From the NCBI GenBank assembly GCA_016871335.1, contig VFZF01000003.1, positions 63,205-127,204 on the forward strand: a stretch of DNA of 64,000 nucleotides. Direction: 5' to 3'. The stretch is from Acidimicrobiia bacterium. GTDB taxonomy: Bacteria; Acidobacteriota; Vicinamibacteria; Vicinamibacterales; SCN-69-37. Shown here piece after piece: positions 9,087-19,126 of the stretch. The position numbers were made by a program, and so were the translations under genes. The notes under the pieces are model-generated. The model was not told where the DNA came from. It worked only from the letters and a program-made list of their open reading frames with translations, and searched no databases. The first letter of the stretch is position 1. Each line of letters starts with the position of its first letter.

Positions 9087-10796
9087 TTACTGCAGTCGCA
9101 CCGTGAGCGCGGCGCGGCGGTTCATGCGGCGCGTCTCTTCGCGGGAGTTGTCAAACTTCGGCCGCTCTTCGCCGTAGCTGACCACGGTCAGGCGGTCGGG
9201 ATTGATCCCGCGCGAGTTCAGGTACTCGCGGACGGCCGTCGCGCGCCGTTCGCCGAGCGCCAGGTTGTATTCCGCCGTGCCGATGTTGCACGTGTGGCCT
9301 TCAATCTGGAGACGCAGCGTGGAGTTGGCCTGCATGGCGGTGACGGCTTCGTCGAGCACGCGCAGCGCGTCGGCGCGCAGCGTGTATCGGTCGAAGTCGA
9401 AGTGGACGTCTTCGAACACGAATGACTTCACCGTCGGCTGCACGACCTGAATGTTGACCGAGGCGGTGGCGCTGGCGCCGCGGCTGTCAGTCACCGTCAC
9501 GGTGACGGGCACGGTGCCCGGCGTGTTCGGCGCCGTCCAGGGCGTCTGCCTGTTGGTCGCGCTCGTGAACGATCCGGTGTTCGCCGACCAGCGGTAGGTG
9601 AGGGGGTCGCCATCCGGGTCCTGCGCGTCGGCCGTCACGGTCGAGACACGACCGATTTCGACGGTGCACGGGTCACACGCGGCCGTCACGGTGGGCGGAC
9701 GATTCGCCGACGGTGTCGGTGGCGTGGGTGGTGGCGGTGGAGGCGGCGGTGGGGCCGGGGCCACGTACTTGCGGGCACCCGGGTGGTACCCAATCCGCAC
9801 CTGGAGACCGGCGCGGTCCCCGATGCCGCTTCCAAACACCGGGCACGTGCCCGAGGCGCAGAAGACCGCGTCCGCGCGCTTGTCGAGCGTGCCGGACCAG
9901 TGCACGCCGCCGCCGAGGAAGAACCCGTTGGCGTGCTGGTAGGTCAGACCGAGCGCGGCATAGAGCGGACTGCTGATCCGCGTGGTGGTCGGCGCGATCG
10001 AACCGTCGATGCCCCGGAAGTTCGCCGGTGCCGTGATCTCGTTGTCGAGATACTTCTCGCCGTGCAGTTCCGCCGTGACGCGGATGGGCGATCCGGTCGG
10101 GAACGCCATGCCGGCGCCCCAACGGATGCCATTCGACAGCGTGAACCCATCCGGATTGCCGCGGACCATCATGCCGCCGAAGCCCGACAGTTCCACGACG
10201 CGGAGGTTCTTCGAGAGAATCGCATCCGCCCAGAAGTCGGTCTTGCCGGTCGACGCGCCGAGCGCATCGTCGCCGGTGGCGATCTTGACACCGCCGCGCA
10301 GCGCGAACGCCGCGGACTTCTGGTCGGCCTCCGAGAGCAGGTTGATTTTCGCGCCGAGACGAAGGTCGCCCGGGCGGTTGCCGATCCAGCCCTGCGTCAC
10401 CAACGGATATTCGTTGACGATGCCGCCGTTCGCGCCCGGCGTGGACTGGGTCGAGGTGAAGAAGATCGGCCGCGTGTCGCGGTCGATCCGGGTCATCACT
10501 TCAAAGCTGCCGAACAACTCGACCCGGTTGCCCAGGCCGACGGCGAACGTGGCCGGGACGTTGGTCACGTCGGTGAACCCCTGTCCGAAGTCCGCGTTCT
10601 TCCGGAACAGACTGACGGACCACTTCCGGTTACCCAGAATTTCGGCCGTCGGGACAAACCAGAAGCCGGTATCACCGGTGACGGTTGTAGTGGCCGGTCG
10701 CGTCTCTGCCTGCGGCGGTTCCGCCGTCTGGCCGAAGGCCGGCATTGCGCTGGCGAGCAGCGCGCACATGACACTCGCCCTAAAGAGTCGTTTCAT
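9087..10796 (-). CDS. OmpA-family outer-membrane protein (beta-rich N-domain, poly-Pro linker, PKD/Ig-like domain, OmpA C-domain)
   Basis: Signal peptide MKRLFRASVMCALLASAMPAFGQ. Linker PPPPPPPPPTPPTP. PKD-like DPDGDPLTYRWSANTG. OmpA_C domain FDFDRYTLR...NLALGERRATAVREYL...NRRAALTV. I use the ATG at 10796, not the ORF-track start at 11267. Confidence 0.88.
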   Translation of the reverse strand: MKRLFRASVMCALLASAMPAFGQTAEPPQAETRPATTTVTGDTGFWFVPTAEILGNRKWSVSLFRKNADFGQGFTDVTNVPATFAVGLGNRVELFGSFEVMTRIDRDTRPIFFTSTQSTPGANGGIVNEYPLVTQGWIGNRPGDLRLGAKINLLSEADQKSAAFALRGGVKIATGDDALGASTGKTDFWADAILSKNLRVVELSGFGGMMVRGNPDGFTLSNGIRWGAGMAFPTGSPIRVTAELHGEKYLDNEITAPANFRGIDGSIAPTTTRISSPLYAALGLTYQHANGFFLGGGVHWSGTLDKRADAVFCASGTCPVFGSGIGDRAGLQVRIGYHPGARKYVAPAPPPPPPPPPTPPTPSANRPPTVTAACDPCTVEIGRVSTVTADAQDPDGDPLTYRWSANTGSFTSATNRQTPWTAPNTPGTVPVTVTVTDSRGASATASVNIQVVQPTVKSFVFEDVHFDFDRYTLRADALRVLDEAVTAMQANSTLRLQIEGHTCNIGTAEYNLALGERRATAVREYLNSRGINPDRLTVVSYGEERPKFDNSREETRRMNRRAALTVRLQ

Positions 10797-10873
10797 GCCT
10801 CCAATGGTACACCCGAAACCGTCCAAGTCAATGATTTCAGGCGGGTTCCGGGGTCCAAAGGTATCCCCTGCGG

Positions 10874-10879
10874 TATACT
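10874..10879 (+). promoter_or_regulatory. Candidate -10 element (GGTATACT) upstream of tatA
   Basis: TATACT lies 35 nt upstream of ATG 10915, followed by the RBS-like GGAGAAGG. The same GGTATACT octamer occurs upstream of degP. No convincing -35 element. Confidence 0.25.
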
Positions 10880-10914
10880 GAGGCCGACGAATTTTCCCTT
10901 GGAGAAGGTGCCTT

Positions 10915-11229
10915 ATGTTTCCCTCGCTCGGCATGGGCGAACTGCTAATCATCGGTGTGGTGGCCCTCATCGTGTTCGGGCCGCGCAAATTGCCGGAGCT
11001 TGGCCGTTCGCTGGGCAAGACGCTGCAGGAGTTTCGACGCGCGTCGAATGAGCTGAAGCACACACTCGACGAAGAGATTTCGCTCGAGGAACGGAATGCG
11101 GAGCGCGCGAAGCAGGCCGCTGTTGTGCCGGCCGTGACGGAGCCGGCTCCCACCGATCCCGCCGCGATTGAGTCGCCGGCGGCAACCGAGACGGCGGCTC
11201 CCGAGACGATCGCCCGCGGGCAGCACTGA
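10915..11229 (+). CDS. tatA: Twin-arginine translocase subunit TatA/TatB family
   Basis: MFPSLGMGELLIIGVVALIVFGPRKLPELGRSLGKTLQEFRRA matches the canonical TatA/E N-terminus. Confidence 0.88.
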   Translation: MFPSLGMGELLIIGVVALIVFGPRKLPELGRSLGKTLQEFRRASNELKHTLDEEISLEERNAERAKQAAVVPAVTEPAPTDPAAIESPAATETAAPETIARGQH

Positions 11230-11232
11230 TCC

Positions 11233-11994
11233 GTGTCTGAGCAGGACGACGACCTCGCGCCGGACACCCCCGGCCGGATGAGTTTTCTCGATCACCTCGA
11301 CGAACTGCGTCGACGGATTGTCTATGCCGTCTACTCGGTGCTGGCCGCGCTGGTGGTGGCCTTCATCTTCATCCAGGACATTCTGGCGTTTGTCACGAAC
11401 GCGATGCTCGCGGCGACGCCGTCCGGCAAGTTGCTCGGCACCGGCTCGCTCGATCCGATCATGGTGATCTTCAAGCCGGGCCTCCTGGTGGCGATCATCA
11501 TTGCGTCTCCGCTCATCCTGCTGCAGGTCTGGTATTTCATCGCGCCTGGCTTGTACGCAAAAGAGAAACGGCTGGCGATTCCGTTTGTGCTGAGCGCGAC
11601 GCTGCTGTTCCTGACCGGCGCGTGGTTCGGCCACGATCTGGCGTTCCCGGTGACCTGGGGCATGATGGCCGCCATTGTTCCCGGATTCATGGACTGGATG
11701 CCCACGTGGAACGACGCGTTTGGGCTCTACCTGCGCATCGTGTTGGGGATGGGAGTCATCTTCCAGATGCCGGTCCTGGTGTTCGTCCTCGCGCGCTTCG
11801 GACTGGTCACGCCGAAGTTCCTGATCAAGAACATCAAGTACGCGATTCTGATCATCTTTGTCGTGGCCGCGGTGGCGAGTCCCGGCCAGGATCCCGCCTC
11901 CCAGCTTCTGTTTGCCGCTCCCATGCTGGTGCTCTATCTCATCAGCATCGGCGTGGCTTGGGTGTTCCAGAAGAAGAAGCCTGTCGAGGAGTAA
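11233..11994 (+). CDS. tatC: Twin-arginine translocase subunit TatC
   Basis: MSFLDHLDELRRRIVY, six predicted TM helices, and position 3 nt after tatA. Confidence 0.9.
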   Translation: MSEQDDDLAPDTPGRMSFLDHLDELRRRIVYAVYSVLAALVVAFIFIQDILAFVTNAMLAATPSGKLLGTGSLDPIMVIFKPGLLVAIIIASPLILLQVWYFIAPGLYAKEKRLAIPFVLSATLLFLTGAWFGHDLAFPVTWGMMAAIVPGFMDWMPTWNDAFGLYLRIVLGMGVIFQMPVLVFVLARFGLVTPKFLIKNIKYAILIIFVVAAVASPGQDPASQLLFAAPMLVLYLISIGVAWVFQKKKPVEE

Positions 11995-12003
11995 TATCTC
12001 ACC

Positions 12004-13605
12004 ATGCGCCATTCAAGCGTTCCCGTTGCGGCTGTTGTTGTTGTCGTCGCCGCCCTGGCGGGCGGGATGCTCGGCCACCGTGTCGGAGCGTCGCCGAGTC
12101 AGACCACTGACTGGAGCCGCCTGTTTGCCGTGGCGTTGGCGACCGTCGAAAAGGAGTACGTCGAGGAACTCGACACCGAGGATCTGGTCTACGGCGCGGT
12201 CGACGGGATGTTGCGCACGCTGGATCCGCATTCAAGCTTTTTTGATCCGCGCCAGTACGCCCAATTGCGCGAACGGCAGGAAGGCACCTACTACGGCCTT
12301 GGTCTGAGCATCGTCGTGGTCAACGGCGACATTACGGTCACCAATCTGTTTGAAGGCTCGCCGGCGTACCGGTCGGGCATTCGCCGCGGCGACGTCATCG
12401 CCGTCATCAAGGGCGAGTCCGCGAAAGGCTGGACGTCCGATCAGGCCGTCAGGGAACTGCGCGGACCGAAAGGGACGTCGGTCAGCATTTCGATCCGGCG
12501 CGCCGGCGTCGAGGCGCTGATCCCGCTGGAAGTGGATCGCGACGAAATCAACATCACCACCGTGCGCACGGCGTTCATGATTGCTCCGGGCACCGGCTAT
12601 ATCCGGCTGCAGGACTTCTCCGAGACGACTGATCGCGAAGTGGGCGAGGCGCTCAGGAAGCTGCGGGCCGACGGGTTGGAGCGGTTGGTGCTCGACCTGC
12701 GCGACAACCCCGGTGGCCCGCTCGATCAGGCGATCGCCGTCTCAAACCGGTTCCTGAAGCGCGGCCAGATGATCGTCTACACGCGTGGGCGTGTGCCGAA
12801 TGCCGATGAAGACTATCCGGCGCTTGAAGATGGCGACACGAAGACGCCCCTGATTGTGCTGGTGAATCGCGCCTCGGCGAGCGCGTCGGAGATTGTGGCC
12901 GGCGCGGTGCAGGATCACGATCGCGGGCTGGTAGTGGGTGAGGCGACATTCGGCAAGGCTCTGGTGCAGTCGGTGTATCGCATCAACAACGGCGCCGGAC
13001 TGGCCCTGACGACCGGCCGCTACTACACGCCGAGCGGCCGCATGATTCAGCGGCCGTGGGATGGCACGTTCGACGAGTACCTGACCTACGCGCAGCGCGA
13101 CCAGCAGGCGACGCGGGACCACTCCGCTGATCAGCTGAAGTACACCGACAGCGGGCGCAAGGTGTACAGCGGCGGCGGCATTGAACCGGATCACTTTCTG
13201 GCGGGGCCCGTTGAAGGGTTCAACCCGACGCGGTTTTCGCGGCAGTTGCTGACGCGTGGGTATTTTGTCGGCTTTGCCGAGCGGTTCACGGCGGAAGGCG
13301 ACAAGCGGCCGGCGTCGGCCTCGGCGGCCAGCCATCGTGTGGCGCGTGGCTGGATGGTCACCGACGCGATGCTCAAGGAATTTGCGGCGTATCTCGCCGA
13401 CCAGCGCGTGCGCGTGGACGAGGCGGCGCTCGCCGCCGACGCCACGTTCCTGCGCGCCATGATTAAATACGAGGTCGATCTCGACCTCTTCGGCGTGGAC
13501 GAAGCCCGCCGCCATCTCACGCGGGTCGATCCGCAGGCGCAGTTCGCCCTGCAGTTCTTCCAGCAGGCCCAGCACCTGCTTACGCCGGCCCGCAAGCCTG
13601 ACTGA
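12004..13605 (+). CDS. C-terminal processing peptidase, S41 family, with PDZ domain
   Basis: GLGLSIVVVNGDITVTNLFEGSPAYRSGIRRGDVI is the PDZ domain. Also present are LDLRDNPGGPLDQA and the catalytic-Ser context LVNRASASASEIVAGAVQD. Confidence 0.9.
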   Translation: MRHSSVPVAAVVVVVAALAGGMLGHRVGASPSQTTDWSRLFAVALATVEKEYVEELDTEDLVYGAVDGMLRTLDPHSSFFDPRQYAQLRERQEGTYYGLGLSIVVVNGDITVTNLFEGSPAYRSGIRRGDVIAVIKGESAKGWTSDQAVRELRGPKGTSVSISIRRAGVEALIPLEVDRDEINITTVRTAFMIAPGTGYIRLQDFSETTDREVGEALRKLRADGLERLVLDLRDNPGGPLDQAIAVSNRFLKRGQMIVYTRGRVPNADEDYPALEDGDTKTPLIVLVNRASASASEIVAGAVQDHDRGLVVGEATFGKALVQSVYRINNGAGLALTTGRYYTPSGRMIQRPWDGTFDEYLTYAQRDQQATRDHSADQLKYTDSGRKVYSGGGIEPDHFLAGPVEGFNPTRFSRQLLTRGYFVGFAERFTAEGDKRPASASAASHRVARGWMVTDAMLKEFAAYLADQRVRVDEAALAADATFLRAMIKYEVDLDLFGVDEARRHLTRVDPQAQFALQFFQQAQHLLTPARKPD

Positions 13606-13610
13606 TATAC

Positions 13611-16600
13611 ATGCGACTTTCGAGACTGCACATCAACGGATTCAAGAGTTTTCCCGACCGCGCCGAGTTGTCGTTCGACGACGGCGTGACGGCCATCGTC
13701 GGGCCCAACGGCTGCGGCAAGAGCAACGTGGTGGACGCCATTACCTGGGTGCTGGGTGAGCAGAGCGCGAAGAGCCTGCGCGGCGAGCGGATGGAAGACA
13801 TCATCTTCAACGGCAGCGATGCGCGGAAGCCGACGCAGTCCGCCGAAGTCCGGCTGCGGCTGGCCAACGTCGCGCAGGTTGGCATGACCGTGCCTGTCGA
13901 ACCGGGTCTGGAGATCGTGGATCTCGACCCGGCCGTGCCCCCGGCTGAGGGGGAGAACGGCCAACTGCCGCTGGTGACCCGGGATGTCGAGATCGGCCGC
14001 CGCCTGTATCGATCGGGCGAGAGTGAATACCTGATTGACGGCGAAGTGTGCCGGCTGCGGGATGTGCACGACCTGCTGATGGACTCCGGGCTGGGCGTCA
14101 AGGCCTACGCCGTGATCGAACAGGGCAAAATCGGGCAGATCCTGTCGTCGCGGCCGGCGGAACGTCGGTCGCTCATCGAAGAAGCCGCGGGCGTCACGAA
14201 GTACAAGGCGCGTCGCCGGTCCGCCGAGCTGAAGCTCGAAGCCGCGCAGCAGAACCTGACGCGCGTGGACGACATCATTTTTGAAGTGGAGAAGCAGCGG
14301 GGCGCCCTGAAACGGCAGGCCGCCAAAGCCCGGCGCTACAAGCGGCTCCGTGAGGAATTGCGCCGCTGGGACCAGGTGCAGTTTGCGAAGCGGCACGAGT
14401 CGCTCGCGCGCGACATCGCCTCGGCTGACACGAGGCTCGAGGAAGCGCGTGTACGCGAAGCCGCAGCGGCTGCGCATGTGGCCGAACTGGAGACGGCGCT
14501 CGAAACCCTGCGGATTCAGCTGACGGAAGCGGAGCGGGCCGCGACGGAGACGCGCGAACAGGCGCACCAGCGCGAACTCGGCATCGGCCGTCATCAGCAG
14601 CAGGTCGCGTTCGACAAACAGCAGGTTCAGGAACTCGGACAGCGCCTCGAGCAGTTGACGACGGAAGCGACCGACCTGGACGCGCGCCTGGTCCCGGCGC
14701 GGGAGGCCATCGCCGCCCAGCGCGAGGCCATCAGCAAGGCGACCGCCACCTTGACCGAGGCGCAGGACCGCGTCGCCGCGTGTGAAGAGGAGTATCAGCG
14801 CGCCCAGACCGCCGTGCAGGGCGTGGAGCACGACGCCGACCAGACGCGGGCTGCCGTGATGGCGTCGGCGACAACGTTGTCGGCATTGCGACAGGCGCGT
14901 GACAACGCGGCCGCTGCGCGTGATCGCGTGGCGCAGGAACGCACCCGCTTCGAAGTGGAACTGCGCGACCTGCAGCAGGAATCCGAGCGCGCGACACGCG
15001 ATCGCGAGGAGGTCACGGCGGCGCTGGCCCGGGCGCGTGAGGTCGTCGCCGAGGCGATCACGGATCGCGCGGCCGCTGAAGCCGCACTGGTGGCGGCCCG
15101 CTCGGAGCGCGAGCGGTTGTCGCGCCAGTTGAGCCAGACGCATCGGGATCTGGCGGGCCTGGAAGCGCGGCTCCGGTCGCTCGAAGACATCGAACGCAAA
15201 CGCTCGACGTTTGGTGACGCGGCGCGATTCCTCCTGGCCGAGGCGCCGGAAACCGTGGGACAACACGGCGCGTTCGCCGACTACGTGCAGGTCGAGCCGT
15301 CGTTTGAGCGGGCGGTCGACGCACTGCTGGGCGATCTCCTGCAGCACGTGGTGGTGGATCGCCCCGCACAGGTGCATCAGGCGCTGGCCAGGCTCAACGA
15401 ACGCCAGGCCGGGCGCTGCGGATTCCTCGTGCTGGACGACACACGGTCCACGGCTCCGCGCACCGTCGTCGAGACGCCCGCCGGCGCCCGTGCGCTGAGG
15501 GACGTCGCTCGTGCGACGGGTCCGTACGCCGATCTGGTTGCACGTGTACTGCCCGATGCGTGGATTGCCGAGTCCTTCGAGGCGGCTCGCGCCCTGGCGG
15601 CACAGTTCAATGTGCCCGTGTCCACACGCGCCGGCGAAGTCTTTCATGGCGCCGGCCTCGTCGAAGGTGGTGTCAGCGGCGGTTCACACGGCATCCTTGA
15701 AACCCGCGCAGAGGCACAGACCCTGCGTGCTCAGGTAACCGAGACCGAAAAGCAGGCGCATCAGCTCGCCACCGACGTGACGTCGATCGACTTCGCCATT
15801 CTCAACGGGGAATCGGACGTCACGGCGAAGCGCGCGGCCCAGCACGATCAGGAAAAAGCCATCGTGGGCTTCGAAGCCCGCGTCAGCCGCGCCGCGGACG
15901 AAGTCACGCGCGTGGCGCGCCGCATTGAACTCGTGTCTACCGAGCGGCGGCGCAGCGAGGAAGAGGAAGCCGCAGCGGAACGGCGGCGCGATGAGGCGTT
16001 GCTGGCCATTGTGGCGCACGAGAGTGGACAACTGGAGGCCGAGCAGTCGCTCGGCGCCGTGCTTGCGCGGCTGCAGAGCGCACGCGGAGACGCGGAGACG
16101 CAGATGCGTCGCGTCAGCGATGCGCGCGCCGAGCAGATGGCCGTGGCCGAGCGGGTGTCGTCGCTGCAGGCTGAAGGCCGCCGCCTCGAAGAATCGCTGG
16201 CCGACGTCGAAGCCAGGCTGTCCGCCCGCCGTGCCGAGATGACGCGTGCGGAGGCTCGTCGCGAGGAACTCGGCCAGTCCATTGTGGACACCGAGCGCAA
16301 ACTCGACGACGACGTGCGCGCCTTGAACGAGTTGCGTGAAAGCCTGCGTGGCCTCGACGAGACCGTCAACGAGGTCCGGGCGCAGTTCGGCGCGCGCGAG
16401 ACCGAGATTCGCAGCGCCCGCCATGCGCTCGAAACCGTGCGGTCCGCAGTCATGCAGTCGGAGGTGGCTCGCGCGACCGCACACGCCGACCTGACGCATC
16501 TGGCCGCCGCCTGCCTGGAGGCCGTCAACGCGACGATCGACGAGGTCGTTGCGGAAGTGGCGCGCATGGAAGCCGCCGGAGAACTCGCGGCCCCGGGGCG

Positions 16601-17375
16601 CCGTCTGGCGGCCGCCAGCGCTGCGGAACCGGATGACGATGACGAGACACCCGCGGAAGCGTCGCTCGACGCTCAGGCCGACGCGCAGACCGAAGGTGAG
16701 AGTGACGCCTCGGCCGACGATGCCGGCGAAGAGCTGTCACCCGAAGCGGTGATCGCCAGCCTGCGCCAGAAGATCGAACGTCTCGGTCCCGTGAACATGA
16801 TGGCCATCGACCAGTTCGACGAGCTCGAGACCCGCCATACGTTCCTGACCACGCAGCGGAAGGACCTGCTCGATTCGATCTCGCAGACGGCCGAAGCCAT
16901 CAAGCGGATCGACGTGATCACCCGCGAACGGTTCGCGGAGGCCTTTGCGCAGATCAACGCCAACTTCGAAGTGACGTTCACCACGTTGTTTGGCGGCGGC
17001 AAGGCGGGCCTCGTGCTCATCGACCAGGAGAATCAGGTCGAAAGCGGCATCGACATCATCGCGCAGCCCCCGGGCAAGCGCCTGCAGAACGTGCAGCTGC
17101 TCTCGGGTGGCGAAAAGGCCATGACCGCCATGGCGCTGATGTTCGCCATCTTCAAGTTCCGGCCGAGCCCGTTCTGTCTGCTCGACGAAATCGACGCGCC
17201 GCTCGACGATGCGAACATCGGACGATTTGTCGAAATGTTGCAGGGGATGCAGTCGCACACGCAGTTCATCCTCATCACCCACAACCGCAAGACGATGGAG
17301 ATCGCCGATCGGCTCTATGGCGTCACGATGGAAGAGCCGGGCGTGTCGAAGCTGATCTCCGTGCAGATGAATTGA
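13611..17375 (+). CDS. smc: Chromosome segregation protein SMC
   Basis: Walker A GPNGCGKSN, long coiled coils, a hinge, the signature LSGGEK, and Walker B CLLDEIDAPLD. Length is 1254 aa. Confidence 0.95.
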   Translation: MRLSRLHINGFKSFPDRAELSFDDGVTAIVGPNGCGKSNVVDAITWVLGEQSAKSLRGERMEDIIFNGSDARKPTQSAEVRLRLANVAQVGMTVPVEPGLEIVDLDPAVPPAEGENGQLPLVTRDVEIGRRLYRSGESEYLIDGEVCRLRDVHDLLMDSGLGVKAYAVIEQGKIGQILSSRPAERRSLIEEAAGVTKYKARRRSAELKLEAAQQNLTRVDDIIFEVEKQRGALKRQAAKARRYKRLREELRRWDQVQFAKRHESLARDIASADTRLEEARVREAAAAAHVAELETALETLRIQLTEAERAATETREQAHQRELGIGRHQQQVAFDKQQVQELGQRLEQLTTEATDLDARLVPAREAIAAQREAISKATATLTEAQDRVAACEEEYQRAQTAVQGVEHDADQTRAAVMASATTLSALRQARDNAAAARDRVAQERTRFEVELRDLQQESERATRDREEVTAALARAREVVAEAITDRAAAEAALVAARSERERLSRQLSQTHRDLAGLEARLRSLEDIERKRSTFGDAARFLLAEAPETVGQHGAFADYVQVEPSFERAVDALLGDLLQHVVVDRPAQVHQALARLNERQAGRCGFLVLDDTRSTAPRTVVETPAGARALRDVARATGPYADLVARVLPDAWIAESFEAARALAAQFNVPVSTRAGEVFHGAGLVEGGVSGGSHGILETRAEAQTLRAQVTETEKQAHQLATDVTSIDFAILNGESDVTAKRAAQHDQEKAIVGFEARVSRAADEVTRVARRIELVSTERRRSEEEEAAAERRRDEALLAIVAHESGQLEAEQSLGAVLARLQSARGDAETQMRRVSDARAEQMAVAERVSSLQAEGRRLEESLADVEARLSARRAEMTRAEARREELGQSIVDTERKLDDDVRALNELRESLRGLDETVNEVRAQFGARETEIRSARHALETVRSAVMQSEVARATAHADLTHLAAACLEAVNATIDEVVAEVARMEAAGELAAPGRRLAAASAAEPDDDDETPAEASLDAQADAQTEGESDASADDAGEELSPEAVIASLRQKIERLGPVNMMAIDQFDELETRHTFLTTQRKDLLDSISQTAEAIKRIDVITRERFAEAFAQINANFEVTFTTLFGGGKAGLVLIDQENQVESGIDIIAQPPGKRLQNVQLLSGGEKAMTAMALMFAIFKFRPSPFCLLDEIDAPLDDANIGRFVEMLQGMQSHTQFILITHNRKTMEIADRLYGVTMEEPGVSKLISVQMN

Positions 17376-18469
17376 ACGAGTCCACCGCCACTCGCGTGCA
17401 ACGACTCCGGCGCACGTCACAGGTCGTCGGCGTGCTCGTCGGAGTCGCCTGGCTGATCGTGGTCGTGACCACGCCTGTCGGCCGGTGGATGGCCGACCGC
17501 GTGCTCGTGGTTGCCGGTGGAGGGGAGACGCCGCCAGGCTGGGCGGCGGTCCTGCTGTACCTCAGTGCGCTTGTCGTGGTGTGGAAAGGCCTGGCGCTGC
17601 CGGCCGCAACGCTGGTGGCGGCGCGTGGTGAACGCCGCGTGCGGCGTCACGCCTCAACCGGGAGCGTCGTGTCGGCTGGGCTGCGGGACGTGTGGATCAG
17701 TGCGGCCGTGGCGGTGGCGCTCGGCGCGGTGACCTGGGCGCTGCTGGATGTGGCTGGGCCCTGGTGGTGGATGGTGGCCGGACTGCTCGGTGCGCCGGTT
17801 CTGGTGGGAGCGACGGCGCTTGCCGGTGTCACGGTGCGCGCCGGAGGACGGACGCCGGTCGCGCGTCCGGTGCTGGTGGAACGGCTGGCGCGTCTCACGG
17901 AGCAGGCGTGCGGGCGCCCTGTGCCGGTGCTGGAGTGGGCCGGCACCGCCGGCACGTCGGCGACGGCGCTGGTTACGGGCGTCGGCCAGTCCGGCGCCAT
18001 CCTGCTCGGCCGAACGTTGGTCGAAGACTGGAGCGACGACGAGGTGGTTGTCGTGGTCGCGCACGAACTTGCGCATCACGTCCATCGGGATCTGTGGCGG
18101 AAGGCGGCGCTCGACGCGTGCCTGCTCGTCGCCGTTCTTGGTGCGGCGCATCTGGTGGCGACCTACGTCGGGCCTGGACTCGGTGTGGAGGGCCGACAGG
18201 ACCTGCTGGTGTTGCCGATGATTGGACTCGCCACGTGGGTCGCCTGGTGGCTGCTGCGTCCCGTACGCCTGGCGCAGTCGAGGGCGCAGGAACGGCTTGC
18301 CGATCGGTATGCACTGGATGTCACGGGTGACCGGGAGGCGTTCCGGGCCGCGCTGCGACGGATGGCGGCGCACCACTTTGCGGAAGAACGACCGTCAACC
18401 CTGACGCAGATGTTCTTCCATCGTCATCCGACGGTGGATGAACGGCTCAGGGCCGCGGGGTCACAATGA
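17372..18469 (+). CDS. Integral-membrane M48 (Ste24/HtpX-like) zinc metalloprotease
   Basis: HELAHHVHRD is the HEXXH motif, and there are multiple TM helices. The TTG start overlaps the smc stop; the true start is uncertain. Confidence 0.8.
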   Translation: MNESTATRVQRLRRTSQVVGVLVGVAWLIVVVTTPVGRWMADRVLVVAGGGETPPGWAAVLLYLSALVVVWKGLALPAATLVAARGERRVRRHASTGSVVSAGLRDVWISAAVAVALGAVTWALLDVAGPWWWMVAGLLGAPVLVGATALAGVTVRAGGRTPVARPVLVERLARLTEQACGRPVPVLEWAGTAGTSATALVTGVGQSGAILLGRTLVEDWSDDEVVVVVAHELAHHVHRDLWRKAALDACLLVAVLGAAHLVATYVGPGLGVEGRQDLLVLPMIGLATWVAWWLLRPVRLAQSRAQERLADRYALDVTGDREAFRAALRRMAAHHFAEERPSTLTQMFFHRHPTVDERLRAAGSQ

Positions 18470-18839
18470 GCGTGCCGACCATGCCGCGTTCCCGGCAATT
18501 GTCGTTGGTCAGGGAGCAGTGGAACTCGAAACGGCCGACCTTCTCGGCGCGGAACTCGAAGACGACGTCCTTGCCGGGTTCCACCCGCTTCTGAATCCGG
18601 TAGTCAGGCAGCGTGAAGCTGTGGGGAATGTCGGCCGATGTCAGGGTGATCCGCACCAGGTCGTCCTGACCGACGTGAATCTCGGGTTTGTCGGTGTCGG
18701 CGATTCTGAAGGCGTGCCGCACGGCGGTGACACCGATGTCGCGCCTGGTCTGTGCCGTGACGGCCACCGTCACGACGCACGCCAGCAGCAGAAGCCCCAC
18801 AAGCGGCAGGCGGTGGGAGGTGGTGTGGTGGTGCGACAT
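18447..18839 (-). CDS. Small secreted cupredoxin-fold protein
   Basis: MSHHHTTSHRLPLVGLLLLACVV is the signal or anchor. Then come HSFTLPDY and RFEFHCSLTNDNCRERGMVGTLIV. It is the last 130 aa of ORF 18447..19526. Its 3' end overlaps the convergent M48 gene by 23 nt. Confidence 0.65.
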   Translation of the reverse strand: MSHHHTTSHRLPLVGLLLLACVVTVAVTAQTRRDIGVTAVRHAFRIADTDKPEIHVGQDDLVRITLTSADIPHSFTLPDYRIQKRVEPGKDVVFEFRAEKVGRFEFHCSLTNDNCRERGMVGTLIVTPRP

Positions 18840-18916
18840 GGGCAGGCTCCTCGGACGTTTAGACGGTTCCCTGATTGTATCGGTCTGACGTCGGGGATGC
18901 GTTACGGAGGTGTGGG

Positions 18917-19126
18917 GTGAAACCGTGGGTTCGGCTCGGGGAAGGGCATGCGCCCGATGGCACGCGTCTGGCGCTGATGCGGCGCGACCAGGAGTTCGTG
19001 ATTTCGGCCGATGGACGCCTCCTGATGTCGAGCCGGATGCACGGTTCCGAGGAGGCGCTGGCCACCCAGGGGTGTGCGCATCTGAACGCCATGCCACGTC
19101 CTCGGCCCGCAGGCCATCGGTCGTGA
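18917..19126 (+). pseudogene. Remnant of a spermidine-synthase-like gene (N-terminal ~69 codons only)
   Basis: VKPWVRLGEGHAPDGTRLALMRRDQEFVISADGRLLMSSRMHGSEEALA resembles the N-terminal extension of SpeE-like proteins. The methyltransferase domain is absent in all frames downstream. GGAGG lies 6 nt upstream of GTG 18917. Confidence 0.4.

Noticed and set aside
9700-9765. GGTGG/GGCGG low-complexity DNA that looks like a tandem repeat
   Set aside because: It is the coding sequence of the poly-Pro linker (PPPPPPPPPTPPTP) of the OmpA-family protein on the minus strand. It is not an independent repeat element.
13191-15647. 818-aa ORF on the minus strand
   Set aside because: It is entirely antisense to smc, whose Walker, signature and coiled-coil features are unambiguous. 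The translation is Arg/Gly/His/Pro-rich with no motifs. This is the typical stop-codon-poor shadow ORF of high-GC DNA.
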